A DNA stretch of 64,000 nt from Antedon mediterranea (lineage: Eukaryota; Animalia; Echinodermata), in NCBI RefSeq assembly GCF_964355755.1, contig NC_092675.1, positions 3,157,812-3,221,811 of the forward strand. The letters run 5' to 3'. Below, one piece after another: positions 1 to 13,065 of this stretch. The position numbers were made by a program, and so were the translations under genes. How positions within the stretch are numbered: position 1 is the stretch's first letter; every line of letters starts with the position of its first letter. A model generated the notes under the pieces. That model was not told the DNA's origin, searched no databases, and saw only the letters and a program-made list of their open reading frames with translations.

Positions 1-3
1 TAA

Positions 4-406
4 AGCCCTGTCTACACTATCAAACTTTATGTGACAAAAAAATGTGATGTGCCCAAATATGGACATGATGATGTCATATCGCTACCGTATTTGTGCACAT
101 CACACTTTTTTTTAAACTAGTTTGATATTGTAGACAGAGCTGAATGATATTAAGAAAATTATCACCTGTAGGATCAACCACTATCATATTTGGGCACATC
201 ACTACATTATTTGGGCACATCACACTTTTTTGGTCAAACTATAGTTTGATAGTGTAGACAGAGCTTAAAGCCCTGTCCACACTATCAAACTTTATGTGAT
301 AAAAAAATGTGATGTGCCTATACGGACATGATGATGTCATATCACTACCATATTTGGGCACATCAACCTTTTTTTTTTAAACAAGTTTGATATTTTAGAC
401 AGAGCT
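4..406. mobile_element. Cluster of MITE family A (TIR AGC[C/T]CTGTCTACACTATCAAACT, TAA/TTA flanks; Tourist/Harbinger-like): copies 4-141, partial ~184-265, 269-406
   Basis: About 23-bp TIRs, ~140 bp long, TWA flanks. Further copies at 3737-3897, ~11019-11143, ~16942-17225 and ~46560-46687. Confidence 0.85.
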
Positions 407-433
407 TTATAATATTTTAAAGAAAATTCTCAC

Positions 434-555
434 CTGTAGGATCAACCACTACAACAAGGGTATTGTTCCATGTTGCCCTGATGTGCGCAATTGCAATATC
501 ATCAAAAGGGACTCCATTAAAAACTAGTGAATCTTCACCTATTCTTGAAGGTTTT
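434..555 (-). CDS. MRPS11: MRPS11 coding exon 3 (KPSRIGEDSLVFNGVPFDDIAIAHIRATWNNTLVVVVDPT+G); later exons lie left of the window
   Basis: Acceptor poly-T..tacag, donor CAG|gtgag, 122 nt, phase 2 to 1. The translation matches the uS11 signature (human MRPS11 GKKFEEIPIAHIKASHNNT). Confidence 0.93.
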
Positions 556-690
556 CTGTAAAAAAAAAAAAATTGTAACGATTACTTGACTAATATTTTG
601 TCTGCAGTAATTTTGCAAATATATTCTATCCTAAAGTATCATCTTTGTTGTTTGGCGAAAAAAATAAATATAACAAATCGTACAGATAAA

Positions 691-810
691 TAATAATAAT
701 ATAATAATAATATCCTGAATTTATATAGCACCTAATGTTGTGAAACCTCTAAGCGCTGAACATTATTACCCCAGTCATTTTGCAACAAACACGTATGGAA
801 ACATACTCCC
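691..810 (-). mobile_element. 3' tail of an L2-type SINE/LINE
   Basis: Minus strand reads AGCGCTTAGAG...GGTGCTATATAAAT followed by a (TAT)n tail. Confidence 0.5.
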
Positions 811-1699
811 ATAATGGAAGAGAAACAACCCCACGTTTCTGTTCTGTATACTATGTTACCATTACTGTATATAAAATCGGTATTTGCATTTCAATCCCCT
901 GATAACCAAGGATTCAGACGAGAATAAATTCAAACAGCATGAAGGTTTGAAATCCAATTGAGAGTAGACCATGGCTCAGTGGTTAACATGCTTGAATTAT
1001 AATCTCATAAGGCAATTTTAATGATATTAAAGTGACCAGTAATCGAGTAAAGATATCATAAATCACAATGCAAATGTAAGTACATTTATATCCAAGCCAT
1101 ACAGCACAAAGAGCTATGGTTAACACCTCATACCCAGTAGTATAAGAAGTGAGTGTGAAATTCCCCTGTATGGATTCTGGTATATTGCTGGCTAGCATTG
1201 GATTATTGTATGTTTTAATACTGTAGTTAAATGCCTGTACAAAAGATTTGTACACTAATGAGACAAGCTATTGCTTCTGGTGCGGGCCCCAGTTGTTGTC
1301 ATAACAACTGAATAAATGTGTATATGAATGAATGAAAAAACATTGTAAACTTGTAAACATTTGAAAAATAACATTGAATTTTTAATACTGTACGTCTAAC
1401 TAGGACTCCCAGCATACATTTCATTAAACTTTCCCAGCTTAAATTAAAGTTCATTTCACACTGTATAGCAATAACTATAGCAATGACCTACTGTAAACCA
1501 GTATTGATAAGGTGGTCTTCTACTGTAGCATAATTTTCATAAGGGCTTTTCCCAGCTGAAATTAAAGTTCATTTCACACTGTTAATGTCAGAAAGATGTG
1601 CACATGTGTTACAAATCTTGTAATTTGTTGGCTTTTCATACTGTAATGTACATATAAAGGTTTGACATTTGTTTAGTCAACTACAGTACCATCAATTTA

Positions 1700-2140
1700 G
1701 CTTGAATTGAGTCCAATTACTGTACCAACTTAGTAGACAAATCTATAACTACTGCTGCTTATCTGAATTGAGTCAACTACCAAGTTAGTAGAAAAATCTA
1801 CTAGCTGCTATAGTAGTCTGAATTGAGTCAACTACCAAGTTGGAAGAATAATCTGCTGCTGCTATAGTAGTCTGAATTGAGTCAACTACCAAGTTGGAAG
1901 AAAAATCTACTAGCTGCTATAGTAGTCTGAATTGAGTCAACTACCAAGTTGGAAGAATAACCTACTGCTGCTATAGTAGTCTGAATTGAGTCAACTACCA
2001 AGTTAGTAAAAAAATCTACTAGCTGCTATAGTAGTCTGAATTGAGTCAACTACCAAGTTAGAAGAACAATCTACTAGCTGCTATAGTAGTCTGAATTGAG
2101 TCAACTACCAAGTTAGTAGACAAATCTACTACTAGCTACT
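1700..2140. repeat. Minisatellite, 54-55 bp unit, 7 good copies plus one degenerate
   Basis: CTGAATTGAGTCAACTACCAAGTT recurs at 1763, 1818, 1872, 1927, 1981, 2036 and 2091. Confidence 0.95.
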
Positions 2141-3057
2141 AGTTTGCTAGGATGAATTTCGAACCCTGAATTTGTACAATTGAAACCCACGGTTTAAGGA
2201 TCCCAATAATTCTCCTTGAACCCATAATGGTCACACGTACTGTAGTTCATCTATCACAATGCCAATTAATACGAAATTATTAAATAATAACTGAAAACAT
2301 TTCTTTTGTGCCCTTGATATGGCATGGTCCATGGGGTACTGGAACAGAGGTAGCCACAAACCACAATCGCTGCCAGTATCTGGCAATAGAGGCACCTGAT
2401 TTAGTGTCCTTCACCCACCTTCATTTTGGGTGAGGGTTATTTGTAGAACACGATTTAATGTGGCGTTCTTTCAGCAGCAATTTTTCAGTGTAATAATTCA
2501 AAAATTGATGTATAGATTCAATATATATTTGTTATAAGTTAAAACAGAAGAATTGGAAATCTTGCGCGGAATCCAAAATTTCAAATAAGAACAGTTTATG
2601 ATTGTTTTATATATTGCAGATATTGTATGTATGGCATAGAAATTAGTGTAAAACTACTTACAATACAAAGATATTCACCTAAATTTCAATTTTCAAATTT
2701 AGTTTTGTTAAGTTGTTTTAAAATTATGTTTTTATGTTTAAATGTGTCGTAGGGCCTCTCGGAAGAGCAATTTTAGAAAACAAAATAAATTATAAAAAAA
2801 AAGCTGTACAGTGTTTCTATATTGGTGTACTGTCAAAATGTGGCTTTTTGGAGTTATGTTCAGTACATTGCGCTCAAACCAAAAAAAGTACTGGTTAAAT
2901 ATCAGATATATCTACAGTATGATGAGAAGTACTTAAAAAATACTGAAACTTATCAGAGTTAGGGTTACATCATATGTATACTGTACATCAAAGTTAATTT
3001 GGGGTTAACGACAGGTCTAACTGATGAGACAGGACTTGCCATGGACGATCACCTTAA

Positions 3058-3452
3058 AGCTTGGTTCCCACTAGAGATGCGATGTAGATGCGACTGTGAT
3101 GAACGCTTGTAATTGGTCAAATCACTTATGTTTGTGCTTACGTCCTTGTGTTGCATAGTGGGAACCAAGTTTAAAGCTTTGTTTCTAGTTGAATACACGT
3201 AAGGTCGTAAGCGCACTGCAAGAAATTTGACCAACCATGTACAGTATCATAAAGACTGTCGCCTGTGACTGGTCAACTCAATTGTGTTGCACAATGTCAC
3301 TGAGTTGGTTTCCTAGTGGGAATGAAGCTTAAGCTAGGTTCCCACTAGGATGCAAGTAAGTTGACCAATCACAAGGGATGGATTATTCGAACTGTCGCTT
3401 TTCATTGGTCAACACGCTTGTGTTGCATTGACTTCCTAGTAGGAACCAAGCT
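3058..3452. mobile_element. Three abutting copies of MITE family B (TIR AGCTTGGTTCCCACTAG)
   Basis: Copies at ~3058-3170, ~3175-3329 and ~3332-3452, separated only by TA/TTAA; degenerate TIRs and internal GACCAATC motifs. Confidence 0.75.
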
Positions 3453-3736
3453 TTAGCTTGCACAGAACAGAGTTTTCAATAAAAGAACCCTAGAAATTTC
3501 AACAATTGTTTTTCAGAATTCAACAGTGAAAGTTTGAATTGATTGACATGACGGATAAACCATATAATGCCTGTGAAAAGCTTATGTTTCAATCATCATT
3601 TTCAACACAAATTTTAAATAACATTTCAAATATGTAATACAACCCTAAAAGTGTAACATAGCTACTAATAGAATACTTTATATAACCTTGTGCAATATTA
3701 CATTTCTATCTCGGTGTTGAACAATTTAAACTCTAA

Positions 3737-3897
3737 AGCTTTGTCTACATTATCAAACTAGTTTGACAAAAAAATGTGATATGCCCAAATATGGTAGTGA
3801 TATTCCTAAATACGGTAGTGATATGGCATTATCATGTCCATATATGGGCACATCACATTTTTTTGTCACATAAAGTTTGATAGTGTAGACAAGAGTT
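3737..3897. mobile_element. MITE family A copy (opposite orientation to 4-141)
   Basis: TAA|AGCTTTGTCTACATTATCAAACT ... AGTTTGATAGTGTAGAC. Confidence 0.85.
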
Positions 3898-4075
3898 TTA
3901 CATGTGATGTCATCAAAATAGAACATCTTATTCTATTCTACAAAAGCAAGAGAGTAATTGTATTTGTTGTAGTGTATATTTAACAATACAATTTAATAAA
4001 ATGTCTAATACAAAACAAACTGAAATATCTGTAGATCAAAGCTGTTCTTAAAAGTGCCCACAGCAACGCTGACAC

Positions 4076-4194
4076 TACAGTACAGTAGCTAGAAACAGTC
4101 AAGAGAACCAGAGCATCCTTGAATATACTCGGCCATGCTACAGTAGCTAGAAACAGTCAAGAGAACCAGAGCATCCTTGAATATACTCGGCCAT
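4076..4194. repeat. Tandem duplication of ~57 bp
   Basis: TACAGTAGCTAGAAACAGTCAAGAGAACCAGAGCATCCTTGAATATACTCGGCCAT occurs twice. Confidence 0.95.
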
Positions 4195-5419
4195 TCACGA
4201 AAATAGAATAACACTGAAAAACAATTTAAATTTGGCGCAAAAGTAGCGTGATTAAAATCGTATTTTTCTACCTGAAAGTTTACTCCGCTGTGAACACTGC
4301 AAATTCACTGGGTCAACTCCAGTCTCCAATGCACTGTTAAATTCAGATGGACCACCATTGAAAACTTGTTATTAGGAAAGATTACTAAAGGTAAAAGTTT
4401 TCCGAGGACGTACCATAAAATGATTTCCATTTATGCAAATTTGCAAGTTTGTTACTGCTGTCAGGAAAGCAGACGGGCTGCGTAAATTGAGTATTCCTTG
4501 AGGAGGGTGACTAGCTAAATGATGTATCTCCTCCAACCTACACTACCAACTCTTGTTCATCCAATCTTCAATTGTGAAAGTCATACTGTACAGTAATATC
4601 CCTGAATTATTAAGGAAAATCTGCAGTGACAACACCAAATTTACTTTGCAATAAATATAACTAAAAGAGTTCTAAGAATTTGGAAAATTCAGGGCTAGAA
4701 AACTCATTAAGCAACTCCAGGGAGTCTAGTAAGACACTGGGTCAGACGTTAGAATATAAAACACTATAATTCAGTTTAAACCAGAAGGTACAATTTCACT
4801 TTATAGCATATAATAAGAAAAAGTATATATTGGTGTATTCATCAACTTCGACAATGAAAACTATATAAATTATAAGTTGTAAATATTATTTCAACAGTGT
4901 CTTTATCAGGAATGAAATTAATCATGAACTGAACTAAGAAATCAATTTGATAAGCAGTCATAACCAAACGCCGCCTTATTTAAATTAATTGTGAAAGATT
5001 TCTGGAAGGTATCCACAGTCCTTGATTTTAAGGGTGGAGTAGAAATATATTCTTCAAACACTTGGGATTTAGGAGAGGAGAGCGCAAGACCCTTGGCAGA
5101 TTTTGGGGATAAAGATTGTTATTTCTTGGGAAATGTTGCATCTTGGCTTCGAAAACACCCTGAATTTGGCAGTACTAATTCCCTCAAGAATAGTTTAATG
5201 AAATATAGAAATTTAGATTTATATTCTTATTATCTGCGGTTTACTACTTTGCCAAGCAAATGGAAGGGACCCAGGTTATTGAATAGATTAATATTTTGGC
5301 TAAGAATAATTGGCATGATTTTAATACTTTTTTAAAAAAATGTACTATAATATAAAGACAGTTAGACCACCCAGTCCATTAAAAAATCCACTTAAAATAT
5401 TATTTATTTATAAGGGATA

Positions 5420-5613
5420 GAAAAGGTGTCCCTTTAATAGGGCTGTCCTCTTTTGGGACACCCTTATTCAGGGAAAACCCTAGTAAGAAGGTAAAACATT
5501 TCTGTAAAGTGAATGATGGCTTTAATATTACACTACGGCCAATCCGTAACCAGGGGACACCAAAAGAAACACTTTGTTGGGTTCCAAAGGTGTCCCTTTA
5601 ATAGGATCTACTG
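5420..5613. mobile_element. Degenerate pogo/Tc1-like MITE (family C; GGGACAC/GTGTCCC repeats, ends ...CTACTG|TA)
   Basis: Same family as 35074-35258, ~43293-43360 and ~63670-63803. Confidence 0.6.
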
Positions 5614-6167
5614 TACCACTAACAGTGTAATAAGCATTTTGATGAGTACCTTTAATGGTCCTCTACCTCTTATCATTTCACCTTTGTCCTACTGCTCAGC
5701 CACCCACACAGAGTAACCTGACCATTATCAAAATGGACAAGCAAGTAATTTCAACAAAAATCACCTTATAGGCAATAATCTTTAGCAATAAATTAGTATA
5801 GAAAATGGTTATATAAACAAGGTCAGAAATAATAAAATATATAAAATTTGTTAAATAGATTTAGTTGTAAATGCAAACTTTGGAAAAGAGCAAGTAAATA
5901 TTAAATATCAATTGACCAATGTATCATATAGTAAACTTCCTGTTGCTAGTGCTAAATATTTGGAATGCGGAATGGTCAAAGGGACTATCTAATGACCCCA
6001 TCACTTCACAAACATGTTTTAAGATAATAAAGTCCAAAGGGATGTAGATAAAGTAGTGATATCACATGATAGTGGATTGTGACACACTTGTTATCTAACA
6101 ATTTATCTGGATAAGCTTTGACCACTTTTGGTATTAAAGAAATTTATAAAACAAAGTTAGGAACTAA

Positions 6168-6322
6168 AGCCGATTTTCCACTAGGTGAATCTGTTCGCAC
6201 GAATTGTAATTGTCAGCTTATACGCGTAGAAAGGGATTTGGGAGATGGAAACATGAATACGCATGTGTATAACATGACGCTTTCAATTTGCATGAACAAA
6301 TTCGCCTAGTGGAAAATCAGCT
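6168..6322. mobile_element. MITE with TIR AGC[C/T]GATTTTCCACTAGG and TAA TSD (Harbinger-like)
   Basis: TAA|AGCCGATTTTCCACTAGGTGAAT ... ATTCGCCTAGTGGAAAATCAGCT|TAA. Confidence 0.85.
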
Positions 6323-6767
6323 TAAAGTTGGCAACCAAAGGAATCATGTGAAAGACCTAAATCTTTATCTTTGATATTAATATAAACTGTACATTCAAGG
6401 TCAAAACAGTTTCTAAATTCATTAAACTTTTCGGCCAGTCCAACAAGGGTGTTAGGAATTTATGTAATTTCATTTTGGTTTTTTAAAACATAAAGTTTGC
6501 AAACATAAGTAATATAATAGAAATTTCGTACTATTTATAGATGTATGACATTTAAACATAATGTAAATAAATCAGAAATAAAGCCTGTCTGATTCTGTGC
6601 TTTTCTATATAGTTGTTGACATGCTCTAATTTGTGATGCAGTAATAGGATTAATATGAACCACAGCCCTTCTGACATTTAGATTTTGATAATAGCAACTT
6701 GGTAAAGGTCAAGCATAATATTAGTTGGACTTGTAGTTTCTTTAATGTCCACAAAGTCAATGCAATT

Positions 6768-6938
6768 AAGACAAAATAGGGCGAGGTGGTCAAGAAATAA
6801 GAATATGGTTGAGGTGGTCAAGAAATAAGAATATGGTTGAGGTGGTCAAGAAATAAAAATAATGGTTGAGGTACTGTAGATAAGAAATAAAAATATGGTT
6901 GAGGTGGTCAAGAAATAAAAATATGGTTGCAGTGGTCA
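6768..6938. repeat. Minisatellite, ~28-30 bp unit (GAGGTGGTCAAGAAATAA[G/A]AATATGGTT), ~5-6 copies
   Basis: Read directly from the sequence. Confidence 0.9.
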
Positions 6939-7420
6939 GTTAATATTTTCATTTGCTTGTTTCTGATGCATACACGATAACCATTTATTTGAAGATAGAC
7001 CGGAAAATAACATTTTTATACACATTTCTGTTAAATTTGTGTTCATGCGGTCAAAAGGTCATGACAATATGTCATTTGACCAGATGTGAACTGCGGCCAT
7101 AATAAAAACAGTTAATTTTGAGATAGAACAGCGATAACTGGTTATTTCGTTTCGAAACGTTATTTTTTGAGAATTCCATTTTTCAAATTTGTCCAGTTTT
7201 TGCTGCCAAGAAAAAGAAATTAATTTTGTTTTTCTATTTACTATATCAATTAAATGCTGGCAGTAGAAACATGCCACTCATCTCAGATTGACTTAAAATG
7301 ATAAATATAATAAAGATATAGTTCATATAAACCAGTGGCAAACTTTAAAAGTGTCAAGGCAGTTTCATTTAATTAACGGGTAGATTTCGCGCCTGACTTC
7401 TCCAGGAGATATGTCATTCA

Positions 7421-7563
7421 AACTTGGTTCCCACAAGGACGCAACGCAAGGACATAAACGTATTGACCAATGACAATCGACAGTCGAATAAATCCATCGC
7501 TTGTGATTGGTCGAAATCTTTACGTTGCGTTTTTGTTTTGTATCTCTAGTGGGAACCAAGCAT
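7421..7563. mobile_element. MITE family B copy
   Basis: CTTGGTTCCCAC...CTAGTGGGAACCAAGC. Confidence 0.8.
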
Positions 7564-9028
7564 AAGGCGACAAGTCCTACCCAGTCTAGCCGTCTTCACA
7601 GTTTTCCACTGGTCTATTATTTATGAAGTCTATCTTATTACTAAATCAAACGTATTCCAAGTAGTGGACAGTGTGTAATTCAAACTAGCTACCTCATGGT
7701 TTGTAAAAGAAAAGTACTGTACCAGCTACCATGGGGTAATAGTTAAATATTCATCACCTTTGCAGGGGATAGCAACAGTGAATAATCATTTTTACTGTAT
7801 AAATAACTTATTTTTGTAAATATATGAGTTTACACTATATAGTAAATATACAACTTTTGGAATATTATTAATGAGCTTTTGAAAATAACAATAAAAACTT
7901 AAATCCTTTTTGAATTACTATTGTCAACGGATTTATCCATATGCCAGCACAGGAATAGAAACGTATAGTACGCACTTGAATAATACATATACACATACAG
8001 TGCTGCATAATTTTATTTATCTACAGTATACCAAAATCTATACGGTATTACAAATACCCAAACAAACATCTAGAAACCTAGTATTCAGAAGCTAACAAAA
8101 ATAATAGAGATTTTCATTAAAGCAGCAAAAATTATAAATGTAAAAAATGAGTTTAAAATGAGGCCTTCAGCATTTTTTCCATGAAAAATGTAATGGATGT
8201 ATTGATATCCAACCTTTAATATTTGAACTCTGAAATACTTTTTTAAACTACTGTACCTGCACAAAAATCCAAAAATAGGCCAAGTCATCCCACCTACATT
8301 ATTCTAAGAATTGCCAGCTCACATGATAAAATAACTGATAACACATAACTATAAATATGCATGATGAAATCCACCACATTAGTGCCACTATATGATTATA
8401 CTTATGAATAATTATTAAAAGAAAGAAGTCATTTTCTTCAGTACTTGCCAAAGGATATACTGACCATTGATAACTGACCAATGAATGGAAAAACCAGAAT
8501 GAACACCACAGTCGCCTACGGTTCACATCCCATTGAGTCTTTATACAGATGTTTAAGACCAGACCCTCTTATGTATATGAATATTAAACAAAGAGGAAAA
8601 AGGTCCACGAGAACAAAGAAAAGAGTTGGACCTTTTCCAATAATTCATAGAAGCTTGTACCAACACTTTTAATCGTGCAGGGCATTCATAGAATCATATT
8701 TTACAGTTAAGAGTATAATTTCGATCTACAAACAAATTTTATTACTGAATAAAATAACTGGAGGTTACTAAAAATTCAATTCTAATGTTATCTTAGAAAC
8801 TTTTTCTTGATTTGCCATTTGTATTTTAAAGTTATTTTATAGTCTAAACTAATTTGATTTTAATACACAGAAACGGTAAGGAATCTACTTAAAGAAACCA
8901 TTCAAGTGCTGATGGTCTTAAATTAGAATAATTAGTCTTTTTAAGAAATCTTAATTAATTGTTTTTCAATTGAATGTTGTTCAATGGTCTTTAATTAGAG
9001 GATTATTTTAATAATAACAAAATACATC

Positions 9029-9391
9029 CAGTGACGTAACAAACAGGCCACTGGAGGCTAGGATGTTGGCAATCTAAGGAACACTCCCTGTGAAGGGCCC
9101 CTGTTAGACCAAAGTCGTCTTTACAAAATATCTTAATGCCTGTTTTTAAGCTCAGATTTACTGTCATATCATAAACGTCCAACTTCTTTCGTGTGTGTCA
9201 ACATTGTGATAAAACAAAGAGGCAGCAACAGATGACGAACATGTCAGTATCCAACATAAACTTGTTTTAAGGAACCATTTCTTAAATTTAGTTATAGTAT
9301 TTTCTTTACTTTTTACTGTATTTGGATTCTTTCCTGGGACCCCTTGAGTCTGGGGCCCTTGGGTTTAGTCTTTTTAGCTGTTACGTCACTG
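9029..9391. mobile_element. Non-autonomous hAT-like element
   Basis: Perfect 12-bp TIR CAGTGACGTAAC...GTTACGTCACTG, internal GGGCCC motifs, imperfect 8-bp flanks (aatacatc / aataccat). Ends 71 bp from MRPS11 exon 2. Confidence 0.7.
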
Positions 9392-9462
9392 AATACCATA
9401 TTAATACGTGACATGTGTGGTGTTGTTTTTTTAATTTGAAGAATACATGTCTGTATACTTAC

Positions 9463-9673
9463 TGATTAATAATAGGCTGTTCATCATTTCCTTTATCATT
9501 TTCACTCCTCGATTCATTTTCAACTTTATTCAAATGATTTTCCGACGTGTATCGAATTGAACAGGTATGAAATGTTGACCTAAGCGCTGGATGGACTCGT
9601 AATGTCGAGGTTAGTGACCTGCCGTTGAATATCTGATCATTGAGTACGATTTGCCGGAAGCGAGAAGCTAACA
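9463..9673 (-). CDS. MRPS11: MRPS11 coding exon 2 (VLASRFRQIVLNDQIFNGRSLTSTLRVHPALRSTFHTCSIRY...NDEQPIINQ)
   Basis: Acceptor ttcttatcattgcag, donor CA|gtaagt. 211 nt, phase 1 to 2, stop-free, bridges exons 1 and 3 exactly. The RSTFHTCSIRY segment resembles a mitochondrial presequence cleavage region. Confidence 0.85.
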
Positions 9674-10904
9674 CTGCAATGATAAGAAATAAGAAATATA
9701 TACAATTGTATGATATGGTATGAAGAAATTTAACATAAGAGATAAGAGTAAATTTCGCTATCATATTTCATAGAAGTGAAACATACACTTTGTACTGATT
9801 TATTGGAAAGGTTACACTCATCTTTTTCTTTCTAATTTTACAACTGAATTTTTTAATTTTTAGAACACAGAATTTTATATTTTCCACACACATGCGAAAA
9901 CTTGGAAAAGACAAGACACATTTAACAGGAAAGTTTGTTTACATTACATCATTTTGCTTAATTTGTAATACTGTAAGTCCTATACTTCTTACAGTAGGCC
10001 TACTTAATTATTTCTGACTTGAATAAATACAAGCCCTTACAAAATTGTTTTGGCTTTACAGTAGAATTCCTAGCATCCTACTGTACTGTACCTTCAGGTT
10101 TTTAAAATTTGGCATTATAATATCTAATAATTATTATACTATACATTACGACAAAACAAACTTTGCAATATGCATGCACATGCTATTAAATACAGTAGGC
10201 TTTATAATTTAAGTACTTTATCGATAATCTATAGTATAAATAAACTTATTTAAGTTAATTGAGGTGTGCATAATGATCAGTCTAGCCAATTGTCCAGAAA
10301 TATGGACACATGTTAGCCATTCCACAGCATCATTATTTTTCTCCATAGTGTTTAATTCCATTAAAAGTTTCTTTGGTGTACTCCATCGATGAATTGTATA
10401 CTGTACAGTAAGTCCTCCATGTTTAAAAAAAAAACAAAACTCAGGCAGTATTGCTATATCATTTGATTCCTCCATGCTAAATATATTTACTACTTTTTAC
10501 AGTAAAGAAAAAAAGAAAGATCAACAAAAAAACATAAATAAAAAACAATACAGAACTTGGAGTTGTTTCTACACAAAGGAAAAAATAATACATTGAAACA
10601 TTTACAAGAATAATGCATATTACATTTGAATTTACGATTTAAGGAGCTTTATATTCTGGTCTATAGTAAATTTCTTTTCCTACTTTTAATAAATCCATTA
10701 CAAACTAACAACTTTATAATGTGCAGACAATTGAAAAGTGAGACTTGGTCTGAACCCTATATAAACTATAAAAAATAAGACACAGACAAAAATATTAGGA
10801 TAGAACCAGGAAATCCATAAAATAAAAATGCTTTTACCTTTTTAAATATTGACGTCAATACAGACATATTATATAATACAAATGTATAGGATCGTTGCCT
10901 GATT

Positions 10905-10988
10905 AATTGAATTGAAATTGAATTGAAATATATATTTATACTGGGTAAACTCTTCAGTCAAAGACTGGTCTCCCAGAGGGCCCAGTTG
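10905..10988 (-). mobile_element. Extreme 3' end of a CR1/L2-group LINE
   Basis: GGGCCCTCTGGGAGACCAGT..ACTGAAGAG..CCCAG stem-loop-like end followed by a (TTCAA)n tail. Confidence 0.45.
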
Positions 10989-11425
10989 GTGATCAGTGGC
11001 ACTATCAAACTTTATGTGACAAAAAATGTGATGTGCCCATATATGGACATGATGATGTCATATATCACTACTGTACTATATCAAAATCACTACCATATTT
11101 GAACACATTTTTGTCAAACTAGTTTGATAGTATAGACAGAGTTTAAAACATGGTATGGTAAAGAAAAAAACATGAGTGTCGAGTGATTGTAGAAACACAG
11201 CCTATGACGGAAGCTCCAAATGTACTCCAGCCCTAAAATACTGCCTTGATGTACTTTATCTCTTGCAAAAGAAATAGACAAATTGTGTATTTCAACAGTT
11301 CAATTTATTTTTATTCCCTACATTGAACAGAAATTTAGACTATTTAAGTAATCTAACTGAATCCAAATAATTGAGATGAAATTTAAACGAGCAAAACAAC
11401 TTCCTCTGAAAAGCTCAATAGCTAA

Positions 11426-13065
11426 GGGCCTGTTTCTGCTGCATAAAAAATAACCGGTTAAAATCAGTGTGAATAAATTAAAATCAGTGTGAATAAATTA
11501 ACTCCATTTTCTTGGCAGCAGAAACAGGACACATTTGTGGTAACCGGTTAAAAGGCAGCGCAAAATAACCGGTTAAAAACACCAATTTAAATCGGTGTTA
11601 GAACGCCGTTTAACCGGTTATCGCTGAGCAATTCTTAGCTGCAACACGAAATAACGGTTATTTGATTGACAGTTGTGACCCCGGGTCAGATACCGTCGTT
11701 TACGATGTGTGTTTTCCTCGTGGTTTTGACAGTCGAACGAAGACGTGAACATGTATGTGGATGAATGAAATCACAAGATATGTTATTCAGTTGTGGGGGG
11801 AGAGAAAGTACGGGGAAGGATGGCAGGGAATAGAAAAGAATCACAGATAATAAATAAGAGCATTTTTGCGAAAGTAAAAGAGGAGTTTGGGGTGGAGTTC
11901 CGGGGACTACCCAAGCTAAGCAATTTGAGGCGTTAGTACACGCTCGCGAAGGGTATGGATGGTCCCCTATATAAACACCAAAACGGAAACAAAAAGAACT
12001 CAGAATGTTGCAAATACCTACCAAACGATAGTAGATAATGGTTAATTAATTATGAAAACCCAAATTTTATAGCAAAAATCATCCGAATTTATGTTATAAA
12101 CGATGAATTTAGCAACAAAAACTTAATTTAAACGAGCGTATTTATGGCATGCCCTTAGTGCCTTTAATAGGAGAACAATGAACATTCTTACTTTGATCAT
12201 TTTACATAATATAATTTTTTAGAAAAACATCACATCGACCGAAAACAAAGGTAATCAGAGCCTTTGATAATATATTAAATATGATTTTATTAAGCATAGA
12301 AATGTGTTATTATTTATGTTAGTACATAAATATACGAAATAATGTTCAATACTCATTATTTTATTAAAGGCACTATATGCGTGCGATATTCTATGACTTG
12401 GATACTCTCGTTTGATTTAAGTTTTTGTGGCTAAACTCATCGTTTTTAACATAAATTCGGACGATTTTTGCTATAAAAGTTGGGTTTTCATAATTAATTA
12501 ACAATTATCTACTCTCATTTGGTAAGTATTGCAACATTCTGAGTCTCGTTTTTGTTTCCGTTTGGTGTTTTGTAGGACCGCGCTCGCGAAAGACAACAGT
12601 CGTTCACGTGGGAAGGGCCGTATTATTCATCGCCTTTTTAGTTGTTGAGGATAAAAATTGTCCTAGAGTTTAGGCGATCGGGCGCTGCACGACCCTCCCC
12701 ATCATGTTATTGAAGGCGCCATGAGAATTAATTTTATTAGCGATGTAAGTAGGCTTTACAAAAAACAAAACTTGTAGACCTGGAGACAACATTTTATTTT
12801 TTTAACATGTTTGAGTGAGATGTTCGGCGATATAATACACACGTGTGTACTCACGACGTCGATGTAAACAAACAGCCAACTTCTACTTCCGTCTGAGTGT
12901 ATTGCATTTTGGGTAATGATGACGTTTTGCTCGACGACCACCCATAGATTTAACCGGTTATTTCGGAGCACAAATTGAGCAGAAACGCGGTCTTGTTATT
13001 GTTATCTATTTTTAATCTATTTTAAAATAACCGGTTAAATTGCGTTATGCAGCAGAAACAGACCC
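11426..13065. mobile_element. Non-autonomous PIF/Harbinger element 1 (1640 bp)
   Basis: TAA|GGGCCTGTTTCTGCTGCATAA ... TTATGCAGCAGAAACAGACCC|TAA; about six subterminal TAACCGGTTA palindromes. Confidence 0.88.
11951..12580. mobile_element. Nested foldback / MULE-like element within Harbinger 1
   Basis: About 175-bp inverted arms (~11961-12136 and ~12406-12579) flanked by the 10-bp direct repeat CGCTCGCGAA (11941-11950, 12581-12590). Confidence 0.7.

Noticed and set aside
1700-2140. CRISPR-like periodic repeat
   Set aside because: The intervening sequences are near-identical rather than unique spacers, there are no cas genes, and the context is a eukaryotic intron.
4991-5335. 114-aa plus-strand ORF
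   Set aside because: GTG start, no recognisable domain, antisense within an intron; probably decayed repeat sequence.
9459-9764. 101-aa stand-alone ORF
   Set aside because: Only 9463-9673 is coding (MRPS11 exon 2); the N-terminal part is intron polypyrimidine tract.
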